A stretch of DNA of 64,000 nt from contig JANMYS010000061.1 of the NCBI GenBank assembly GCA_031382385.1, positions 2,403 to 66,402 of the forward strand, read 5' to 3'. Shown in pieces: positions 55,400-63,057 of the stretch. The notes beneath the pieces were generated by a model. The model made no database searches and was not told the DNA's origin. It saw only the letters and a program-made list of their open reading frames with translations. The DNA comes from Gemmatimonadota bacterium. GTDB taxonomy: Bacteria; Gemmatimonadota; Gemmatimonadetes; Gemmatimonadales; GWC2-71-9. The number at the start of each line of letters is the position of its first letter. Position 1 is the first letter of the stretch. Made by a program: the position numbers and the translations under genes.

Positions 55400-55454
55400 A
55401 CCGAATGGTAGTGCGTCGGTGGCCTCCGGTCAGGCGGCTACCCGGCGCGGCGGT

Positions 55455-56699
55455 TCAGCGCCGGACGGCAGCAAGTCGCGGTACGACCGCCAGCGCTGGC
55501 GGGACGCTCGAGGGCTGCGCCGCAACCGGGAACGGCTTGGTGATCGTCTTCGCAAAGATGCGCGCATCGTAGGCCGATCGCGGATTCCACAGCACCCAGC
55601 CATGGATGCCGAGGTCGGCGGCGGCCCGCATCTGATCGCGCACATGCTCCGGGGTGTACCGCGGCCTGCCGAGGGTGAAGGCCTGCAGGTACGGCCGGAT
55701 CTCCGCCGTGCTGCCGGCGACCAGGCGCGAGCGACGCTGACCATCGGCGAGTGCGCCGCGGACGACGCGGTACGGTTCGCTGTTGGGGTGCGAGGCGCCG
55801 TACATCGCCTGGTAGTAATGGCTGGGATAGACCATCGGCAGGACGACATCCGCCGTGGTGATCAGATCCTCCCACACCTGGCCGATGCCGAGATCGACGG
55901 TGACGTTGGTCGTCATGCCGAAGACATCGATGGTGAAGGGCACGCCGAGCGGCTTGATCCGGTCGCGCAGGAGCTTGAGGTTGCGCGCCACGCCGCTGCG
56001 GACGCTCTCGCCGGCCCGCCGCGCGGGGAAGATCGCCTGCGCCATCCGGCTGCGCGGTTCATCGGGGAATCGGACGTAGTCGAACTGCACTTCGCTGAAT
56101 CCGGTATGCACCGCTTCGGCGGCGAGCTGACCGGCGTAGACCCAGACCGAGTCGTTGAATGCATCAACCCAGGCGAAGTTGAGCCGGTCGTGCCACAGTC
56201 CGCCTCCGAGCTGATGAACTGCCCAGTCGGCCTTGTGGCTGGCCAGCAGCGGATCCTTGGCGACCACGATGCGGGCGATGGCGTGAATGCCGTGTTGATG
56301 CAGCACTCGAAGCCGCTCGGCGGCATCGCGTGCCCGGAGCTGCCCGTTGGCGCCGATGGCGATAGCGGTGGGGACGGCGGATCGATAGGTGAGGTAGCCG
56401 GTGTCATCCTTGACGTCGATGACGAAGCTGTTGATCTCGGTGGTGTCGGCGAGCCGGACGAGGTCCCAGAATCGGCTGCCGCCAAACGCCCAGGCGTTGA
56501 CGTAGATCGCCCGGACCGGTTCGGGTGCGGGGCGGAGCGGGGGAGCCGGCCAGGTAAGTGCATCGGCCAGGACCGCGCCCAGGCCGAGCAGCCGATCTAC
56601 CGGGCGGACTGGGCGCAACTCATCTCCCCAGTCCTTCAGGGACTGGGCGCCCAGTGGGGCGGCGGTGAGGTGCAACGCGAGAAGGATTGCGCGACGCAT
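55455..56699 (-). CDS. putative glycoside hydrolase (TIM-barrel, DUF4015/GHL-like)
   Basis: Signal peptide. IRAIYVNAWAFGG...INSFVIDVKDDTGYL and FDYVRFP blocks resemble that family, from memory. Confidence 0.55.
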   Translation of the reverse strand: MRRAILLALHLTAAPLGAQSLKDWGDELRPVRPVDRLLGLGAVLADALTWPAPPLRPAPEPVRAIYVNAWAFGGSRFWDLVRLADTTEINSFVIDVKDDTGYLTYRSAVPTAIAIGANGQLRARDAAERLRVLHQHGIHAIARIVVAKDPLLASHKADWAVHQLGGGLWHDRLNFAWVDAFNDSVWVYAGQLAAEAVHTGFSEVQFDYVRFPDEPRSRMAQAIFPARRAGESVRSGVARNLKLLRDRIKPLGVPFTIDVFGMTTNVTVDLGIGQVWEDLITTADVVLPMVYPSHYYQAMYGASHPNSEPYRVVRGALADGQRRSRLVAGSTAEIRPYLQAFTLGRPRYTPEHVRDQMRAAADLGIHGWVLWNPRSAYDARIFAKTITKPFPVAAQPSSVPPALAVVPRLAAVRR

Positions 56700-56733
56700 G
56701 GGCGGACCCGGCGTAAGTGCCTGTTTCGAATCA

Positions 56734-56764
56734 CTCAGGGGCCGGTCATCGACCGGCCCCTGAG
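56734..56764 (-). terminator. hairpin downstream of ompA-family gene
   Basis: 14-nt perfect inverted repeat CTCAGGGGCCGGTC atc GACCGGCCCCTGAG. The U-tract is weak. Confidence 0.45.
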
Positions 56765-56796
56765 TCAGAAGGCAATTGCCGTGCGCGCCACGGGGG

Positions 56797-58188
56797 CTAT
56801 GGTCGGTGCTTCACCTTGATCTCGGTCCGGCGGTTGATGGTCCGGGCAACTTCTGTGGTGTCCGCCACAAGCAGCGGTTGGGCGCCCCTTCCGATGGAGG
56901 TGATCCGGCTCACACTGATACCCTGGCTGACCAGGTAGTCCCTGACCGCGTCGGACCGGCGCTGGGACAGTTTGAGGTTGTCTCCGGGTACGAGCCGGTC
57001 GTGGGCAAAGCCGGTCACTTCGGCGATCGTGGTGGAGTCGGTCAGCATCACGGTCGCGACGGAGTCGAGGATCGTCGTCGCCTCGCTGGACATGCTGGAT
57101 CCGCGCAGTTGCCAGGAGCTGCCGGGCACCACCCAGCTCTGTTCGGCGGGAAGGGTGTCCGCCGGGAGCGGCTCCGGCACGGTGGGACACCCCGTCTGGT
57201 CGACGGCGGTATCGCGCCGGCTCTCCGGGCACTGATCGAGACCGTCGAGGACGCCGTCGGCATCGGTGTCGCTGGGACAGCCGAGGGCATCCACGGTGGC
57301 CCCGGCCGGGGTCAGCGGGCAGCGATCGAGGCCCTCGAAGACTCCGTCGGAATCGCTGTCCGCCGGGCAGCCCGCACCGTCCACCAGCGCGCCGGCGGGC
57401 GTCCCCGGGCAGCGGTCGAGGCCATCGAGCAGTCCGTCGCCATCGGTATCATGGCTGCAGCCGGCGGCATCGACCGCGGCCCCCTCGACCGTGTTGGGGC
57501 ACCGGTCGAGGCCATCGGGCACGCCATCGGCGTCCCGGTCCGTGGGGCAGCCGCGGGCGTCGACCAGGGCGCCCAGGCGGGTATCGGGGCAGGCATCGGA
57601 GCGATCGTAGATGCCGTCGCCATCGCGGTCGGTAAGTGGCGTGCTGCCCACCATCAGGCTCACGCCACCCTGCAGGATGAAATTGGTGAACTTGAGGGTG
57701 GTCAGACTGCGCTGTAGCGTCCCCTCGTAGCGCATGAAGAGGGTCGGCTTGATGGCAATGCGCACACCCGCTCCGCCCTGCAGCACATCGGCGGAGCCGC
57801 AGGGGCCGGCGCCCGGCAGCGAGACGGACGGACAGGTGCCGTAGCTCAGGTGAGCATATCCGCCCTTGAGGATCACGAAGGTGCTGCGACCGACCGCGAT
57901 ATTGCCCAGCGCCCAGAGGCCGAGGGTGTTGGTGCTGACCGCTTTCTTGAGGGAGGTATTCGTCTTCGGCTTGGCGAGGGTGCCTTCGGCCTCCACCGAG
58001 AAGGGGCCGTAGATCCAGTACCCCAGGCGGAGGGCGCCACCGAAGGCGGGGGAGAGGTCGGTCTTGCTGTCGTAGGTGTGATACCCGCCGGCCCCGCTCA
58101 GTTCGAGCTTGTAGAGCCGCTGCGCGGCCAGGGAGGTGCTGCCGAGGGTCGTCAGGGTGAGGCAGGGGAGGAGCAGGCGGCGCAACAT
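56797..58188 (-). CDS. OmpA-family outer-membrane protein with thrombospondin type-3 (Ca-binding) repeats
   Basis: N-terminal beta-barrel-like region, six repeats of D.DGDG..D..D.CP, and a C-terminal OmpA domain (RRSDAVRDYL, NRRTEI). Confidence 0.85.
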   Translation of the reverse strand: MLRRLLLPCLTLTTLGSTSLAAQRLYKLELSGAGGYHTYDSKTDLSPAFGGALRLGYWIYGPFSVEAEGTLAKPKTNTSLKKAVSTNTLGLWALGNIAVGRSTFVILKGGYAHLSYGTCPSVSLPGAGPCGSADVLQGGAGVRIAIKPTLFMRYEGTLQRSLTTLKFTNFILQGGVSLMVGSTPLTDRDGDGIYDRSDACPDTRLGALVDARGCPTDRDADGVPDGLDRCPNTVEGAAVDAAGCSHDTDGDGLLDGLDRCPGTPAGALVDGAGCPADSDSDGVFEGLDRCPLTPAGATVDALGCPSDTDADGVLDGLDQCPESRRDTAVDQTGCPTVPEPLPADTLPAEQSWVVPGSSWQLRGSSMSSEATTILDSVATVMLTDSTTIAEVTGFAHDRLVPGDNLKLSQRRSDAVRDYLVSQGISVSRITSIGRGAQPLLVADTTEVARTINRRTEIKVKHRP

Positions 58189-58367
58189 GGCGACTCGGGC
58201 AGCAGGAGGAAGAAGGAAGGTGGATTCTGCCCCCCGGTCACGGAGGCCGCAAGGGGCGCGCAGGGAAGGCGGCGGACTACAGGGCGCTGGCGGGAGCAGT
58301 TAGCTTGGGATCAGTGGCTCGTTTTCCCTTGTCTCAGGCTGTTCCTTTTCCCTGCCGATACTCCATC

Positions 58368-58598
58368 ATGCATTTCACGATCACCTACTGCGTCGTCTGA
58401 AACTACGAACCACGGGCGGCCGGTCTGGCCGCCGAGATCAAACGGGCGTATCCCGCCGCGGAGGTGCGCCTGGTGCAATCCTCCGGCGGGGCCTTCGAGG
58501 TCACCATGAATGAGGATGTCGTCTTTTCCAAGAAGACCCTCGGCCGGCATGCCCAGCCCGGGGAGATCATGGGGCTGATTCAGGGGAGGCGCGCGTGA
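58368..58598 (+). CDS. SelW/Rdx-family selenoprotein candidate (in-frame TGA at 58398-58400 read as Sec)
   Basis: My translation is MHFTITYCVV-U-NYEPRAAGLAAEIKRAYPAAEVRLVQSSGGAFEVTMNEDVVFSKKTLGRHAQPGEIMGLIQGRRA. It has a CxxU redox motif in the canonical position of the Rdx fold. A hairpin lies downstream of the TGA. Confidence 0.7.
58414..58434 (+). promoter_or_regulatory. bacterial SECIS-like stem-loop
   Basis: GGCGGCC (58415-58421) pairs with GGCCGCC (58427-58433) in a 7 bp all-GC stem. The apical loop is GGUCU, and it begins 21 nt after the UGA. Confidence 0.55.
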
Positions 58599-58607
58599 AG
58601 TCGATTG

Positions 58608-58640
58608 CCGGTTCCCTGTTCCCGGTTCTCCATTCCCTGC
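58608..58640. repeat. degenerate CCGGTTCC-type array
   Basis: GCCGGTTCCCTGTTCCCGGTTCTCCATTCCCTGC, between the selenoprotein candidate and pfkA. Confidence 0.8.
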
Positions 58641-58650
58641 GGGCTGTCGC

Positions 58651-59730
58651 ATGCGCATAGCGATCTCCACCGGTGGCGGGGACGCGCCGGGACTCAACGC
58701 CGTGATCCGCGCCATCGTCCTCTCCGCGCACACCCGCGGGTGGCAGACCTACGGTATTCGACGGGGATACGGAGGATTGCTGGGGAACGATGGAATCCAG
58801 AGCCTCACGCCCCAGTCGGTCCGCGGCATCACCCACCTCGGCGGGACGATCCTCGGCACCACCAATCGCGGCAACCCGTTCCGCTGGGCGTCGAAGGATG
58901 CGTCTGGCCGGGAGGTGGAGGTCGACCGGTCGGATGATCTGATCGCGGCGTTCAATGCGAGCGGGTTCGACGCGATGATTCCCATCGGCGGGGATGGCAG
59001 CCTCAAGATCGCCTACGACCTCGGACTCAAGGGGTTGCCGGTCGTGGGAGTTCCCAAGACCATCGACAACGACGTCTGCGGCACGCTGTCCACGTTCGGG
59101 TTCGATACGGCCGTCAGCACCGCCACCGAGGCGATCGACAAGCTGCACTCCACCACCGAGAGCCATGAGCGTGTCATGGTGGTCGAACTGATGGGTCGCG
59201 ACGCGGGGTGGATCGCGCTGCACAGCGGGATCTCCGCCAGCGCCGATGTGATTCTGCTGCCGGAGATTCCCTTCGATATCGCGAAGGTGTGCGAAAAGGT
59301 CATGGAGCGGGAGCGCGATGGCCGGCATTTCAGTGTGGTCGTCGTGGCCGAGGGAGCCAAGCCGATCGGCGGAGAGGCCAGCATGGTCGAGCGCCGCTCG
59401 ACCGGCACCGTGGACCGGCTCGGCGGGATCGCGTCGCTGGTCGCGAAGACCATCACCGAGCGGACCGGCAAGGAAACCCGAAGCCTCGTGCTCGGTCACC
59501 TGCAGCGCGGTGGATCGCCCACGACTTTCGACCGACTGCTGGCGCTGCGCTTCGGTGCCGCCGCGGTCCGCGCGGTCGCGGATCATGCGTTCGGCGTGAT
59601 GGTGGGATTCGCACCGCCCGAGATCATCCGGGTGCCGCTGGAGCAGGTCATCGGACGCACCAAGCATGTGCCGCTCAATTGCGATACCATCCTGACGGCG
59701 CGGGGGCTGGGAATCAGTCTGGGGGACTAG
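58651..59730 (+). CDS. pfkA: 6-phosphofructokinase
   Basis: GGGDAPGLNAVIR, IGGDGS, PKTIDNDV and MGRDAG. Confidence 0.9.
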   Translation: MRIAISTGGGDAPGLNAVIRAIVLSAHTRGWQTYGIRRGYGGLLGNDGIQSLTPQSVRGITHLGGTILGTTNRGNPFRWASKDASGREVEVDRSDDLIAAFNASGFDAMIPIGGDGSLKIAYDLGLKGLPVVGVPKTIDNDVCGTLSTFGFDTAVSTATEAIDKLHSTTESHERVMVVELMGRDAGWIALHSGISASADVILLPEIPFDIAKVCEKVMERERDGRHFSVVVVAEGAKPIGGEASMVERRSTGTVDRLGGIASLVAKTITERTGKETRSLVLGHLQRGGSPTTFDRLLALRFGAAAVRAVADHAFGVMVGFAPPEIIRVPLEQVIGRTKHVPLNCDTILTARGLGISLGD

Positions 59731-59734
59731 GAGG

Positions 59735-59853
59735 GCCGTCAGCCGTCAGCTGTCAGCCATCAGCCATCAGCCATCAGCCATCAGCCGTCAGCCGTTGGCT
59801 TGTCGGGTACCGCCTCGCGCCTAGCGCCACCCTCCTCACTCCCACCTCTCCTC
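59735..59853. repeat. about 9 units CAGCCGT/CAGCTGT/CAGCCAT, then CCGCCTCGCGCCTAGCGCCAC box and CT-rich leader
   Basis: Read directly. It ends at ATG 59854. Confidence 0.95.
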
Positions 59854-61914
59854 ATGACCCGCCCATCCTATCCCGCTTCCCGCACCGACCCGATCATCGA
59901 CACGCTCCACGGCGTCCCGGTGCCCGATCCTTACCGCTGGCTGGAGGATGCCGAGAGCGACGAGGTACGAGCGTGGACGAGGGCGCAGAATGGGCTGACG
60001 GAGGCCTACCTCGGGGCGGTGGCGGGGCGCGGCGCGATTCGCGACCGGCTGGCGCAGCTGCTCACGATCGGGGCGCTGAGTACGCCAACACCAGCGCGGG
60101 GACGCTATTTCTACCAGCGGCGGGATGGCAGCCAGAACCAGCCCGTCTTGTATGCTCGCGACGGTGTCGCTGGCGAGGATCGGGTGCTGCTCGATCCCAA
60201 CGCGCTCAGTCCCGAGGGGACGACGGCGCTCGACTGGTCGCACCCCAGCGAGGATGGCGCGCTGCTGGCCTACGGCCTCTCCGACGATGGGAGCGAGGAG
60301 AGTGTGCTGCGGGTCATGGACGTGGCCAGGGGCCACGATCTTGGTGAGGCGATCCCCGGGACGCGGGCATGTGATCTGGCCTGGCTGCCCGATAACAGCG
60401 CGTTCTATTACACGCGCTATCCCGCGGCGGGAACCGTGCCCGAGGGTGAAGAGCAATACCATCGTTCGGTCTACCTCCACCGGCTCGGAACCGATGCCAG
60501 CGCGGATGCGCTCGTGTTCAGGCCGACGGAAAAGGAGCACTGGCCTGGCGTGGGGCTTTCGCCTGACGGCCGGTGGCTGATCGTCACGGTCGCCCGCACC
60601 TTTGATCAGACGGATCTCTACCTGCAGGAGCGTGCGGGGGGCGGACCGCTCGTGCCGGTGGTACAAAACCTTCCGTTTTCGTTCGACGGGCAGGTGGTCG
60701 GTGACCGCCTGTACATCCGGACCAACCTCGAGGCGCCTAACTACCGGCTCCTTGTCACGGACCCGCGCTCGCCGGGGCAGGCCGGCTGGCACGAGCTCGT
60801 GGCGACGCGGGCCGATGCGGTGCTCGACGGGGTGATGATCACCCGGGCCCGGCTGGTGCTGAGTTATCTGGAGCGCGCCACGTCCCGGCTGCAGCTGGCC
60901 GAGCTGGATGGCACCAACCGGGCGGAGCTGGAGCTGCCCACCATCGGCAGCGTCTTCGGCTGGGGGGCCGAACCGGATGGGATGGAGCTGTTCTACGGTT
61001 TCTCGTCCTACACCGTGCCGCCAAGCGTCTATCGCGTCGACCTCGGCACAGGAGTCACCACGCTGTGGCGCAGGGTGGAGGCCGACATTCGGCCGGAACA
61101 GTTCGCGGTGCGGCAGGTGACTTACCAGTCCACGGACGGTACCCCCATCACGATGTTCCTGGTACACCGGGCCGACCTCCGACGCGACGGTTCCGCGCCG
61201 GCGTATCTCACCGGATACGGCGGGTTCAACATCAGCATGACGCCCGGCTTCTCCCGTTCCCTGCTGGCATGGCTCGAGCAGGGCGGGCTCGTGGCGGTGC
61301 CGAACCTCCGGGGCGGCGGCGAGTATGGCGAGTCCTGGCACCAGGGTGGCATGCTGGGCTCAAAACAGAACACCTTCGACGACTTCATCGCCGCCGCCGA
61401 GTATCTGATCCGTGAGCGGTATACCACCACCGACAGGCTGGCGATTGCCGGCGGCTCGAACGGCGGGTTGTTGATGGGCGCGGTGCTCACCCAGCGCCCC
61501 GAGCTGTTCCGTGCCGTCATCATTCAGGTACCGCTGCTCGACATGCTGCGGTATCACCAGTTCCGGATCGCGCGGTTGTGGATTCCGGAGTACGGATCCT
61601 CGGAGGATGCGGCGCAGTTCGCCTGGCTCGCGGCCTATTCACCCTATCATCACGTCCAGCCCGGGACGCCCTATCCCGCGGTGCTGCTGGCGACCGCTGA
61701 AAGCGACTCGCGGGTCGACCCACTTCACGCCCGAAAGATGGCGGCCCGGCTGCAGGCGGCCACCGCATCGGAGCACCCGATCCTGCTGCGCCTCGAAGAG
61801 CGAGCGGGGCATGGCGCGGGCAAGCCGATGTCCAAGGTTCTGGACGAACTGGTGGACAGCTGGAGCTTCGTGGCCGCGGAGCTGGGTATTGAGTGGCGGG
61901 GGATCAGGCAGTAG
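59854..61914 (+). CDS. prolyl oligopeptidase (S9A)
   Basis: Start MTRPSYP, DPYRWLED, beta-propeller region and catalytic GGSNGGLL. Confidence 0.9.
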   Translation: MTRPSYPASRTDPIIDTLHGVPVPDPYRWLEDAESDEVRAWTRAQNGLTEAYLGAVAGRGAIRDRLAQLLTIGALSTPTPARGRYFYQRRDGSQNQPVLYARDGVAGEDRVLLDPNALSPEGTTALDWSHPSEDGALLAYGLSDDGSEESVLRVMDVARGHDLGEAIPGTRACDLAWLPDNSAFYYTRYPAAGTVPEGEEQYHRSVYLHRLGTDASADALVFRPTEKEHWPGVGLSPDGRWLIVTVARTFDQTDLYLQERAGGGPLVPVVQNLPFSFDGQVVGDRLYIRTNLEAPNYRLLVTDPRSPGQAGWHELVATRADAVLDGVMITRARLVLSYLERATSRLQLAELDGTNRAELELPTIGSVFGWGAEPDGMELFYGFSSYTVPPSVYRVDLGTGVTTLWRRVEADIRPEQFAVRQVTYQSTDGTPITMFLVHRADLRRDGSAPAYLTGYGGFNISMTPGFSRSLLAWLEQGGLVAVPNLRGGGEYGESWHQGGMLGSKQNTFDDFIAAAEYLIRERYTTTDRLAIAGGSNGGLLMGAVLTQRPELFRAVIIQVPLLDMLRYHQFRIARLWIPEYGSSEDAAQFAWLAAYSPYHHVQPGTPYPAVLLATAESDSRVDPLHARKMAARLQAATASEHPILLRLEERAGHGAGKPMSKVLDELVDSWSFVAAELGIEWRGIRQ

Positions 61915-61961
61915 CATATGTCTCCTTCCCGATCGCTCCACGCTTTGCCGGAGTCCCATCC

Positions 61962-62513
61962 ATGACTGGTTCCGCCGCAGCGACGCCGACGCAGGTGGAC
62001 ATGTCACATCCGAGCCGATGGATGGCAGTCCTGCGCATCCTGCTGGGAGCGTGGTTCCTGAAGGCGCTGTTCAACAAGATGGATTTCGTGCTGCTGGGTG
62101 GTGTGGTGCCGTGGATCGGCACCGAGCAGCGCTGGATCGAGATGATGCCGGTGATCCTCACCAAGCAGATGGAAGCCAACCAGATCCTCTGGTACAAGTC
62201 ATTCGTGGAGCAGACCGTGCTGCCGAATGTGGTGCTGTTCGCCCGGCTGACGGCGTGGGGTGAGGTGCTGGTGGGGCTGTCGCTGGTCTCAGGACTCTTC
62301 GCGGGTTTGGGTGCGCTTGGGGGGCTCTGGCTGAGTATCAATTACGGGCTGGCGGGGGCGCACACCTCGAGCGCATCGGCGGGATTCCACTACCTGCTCA
62401 TCTCGGTCTTCGCCGTGCTCTTCCTGTCCCGCTCGGGCCGGGCGTGGGGGCTCGACAGCTGGGTGGCATGGCGCTGGCCGGGATCGATCCTGACCTGGCG
62501 GCCGTTCGCGTAG
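61962..62513 (+). CDS. DoxX-family membrane protein
   Basis: Four hydrophobic segments. RILLGAWFL and AWGEVLVGLSLVSGLF are typical of DoxX/TQO small-subunit-like proteins. Confidence 0.65.
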   Translation: MTGSAAATPTQVDMSHPSRWMAVLRILLGAWFLKALFNKMDFVLLGGVVPWIGTEQRWIEMMPVILTKQMEANQILWYKSFVEQTVLPNVVLFARLTAWGEVLVGLSLVSGLFAGLGALGGLWLSINYGLAGAHTSSASAGFHYLLISVFAVLFLSRSGRAWGLDSWVAWRWPGSILTWRPFA

Positions 62514-62534
62514 GGGCCGCATGTATGCGGCCCC
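62513..62534. terminator. GC hairpin between convergent doxX-like and JAB-like genes
   Basis: GGGGCCGCAT gt ATGCGGCCCC with no U-tract. Confidence 0.4.
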
Positions 62535-62550
62535 TACGGGGCGGCCGCGA

Positions 62551-63057
62551 TCAATATTTCATTTTCGGCACCATGCTCACCCCCTCGATCCCTTCCACCT
62601 GGCAGCGCGCGTCGGACTCGCTGAACAGGATGCAGAACACTCCACTGGTCCGCCACAGCTTCACCCAGGCGAGCATGACGCCCTGGTCCGAGCCCGAGAA
62701 CTTGGAATAGACCGGATCGGTGTCATGCAGTGGCACATGGGTGTGCACCGTCCCGAACCACTCGGGCGGACTGCAATCCTCCAGCGATCCCTCTGCCGAG
62801 ACGGCGAGGGAGTCTCCCGCCGCCGTCGTGAGCGGCTTCAGCCGCTCCACCCAGGCCGTGTCCTGCACAATCCGCCCGCCGAGGCAGGCCACGCGCTCTT
62901 CGCGGGCGGCGACGCTGAGACGCCAGAGTTCATGCAACGCCGGTAGCGCGTCGGCGTGGAGCAGCACCTCGTGGGGACGGCTAGAGGACATCTGCGCGGC
63001 GGCTGGTGCCGCAAGGGCGGCGAGGCCGATCAGCAGGACGACCCGATGTCCGCTCAA
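62551..63057 (-). CDS. small secreted protein with JAB/MPN-like H-x-H ... S-x-x-D motif (tentative)
   Basis: TTG start (complement of 63055-63057) gives MSGHRVVLLIGLAALAAPAAAQ (signal peptide) and overlaps the upstream stop as TTGA. Motifs are EERVACLGG, GTVHTHV and FSGSD. Confidence 0.5.
   Translation of the reverse strand: MSGHRVVLLIGLAALAAPAAAQMSSSRPHEVLLHADALPALHELWRLSVAAREERVACLGGRIVQDTAWVERLKPLTTAAGDSLAVSAEGSLEDCSPPEWFGTVHTHVPLHDTDPVYSKFSGSDQGVMLAWVKLWRTSGVFCILFSESDARCQVEGIEGVSMVPKMKY

Noticed and set aside
58311-58733. 140-aa minus-strand ORF
   Set aside because: It is antisense to the SelW-like candidate and runs through a repeat array (translated as GNGEPGTGN). It has no motifs and lower plausibility than the plus-strand selenoprotein reading.
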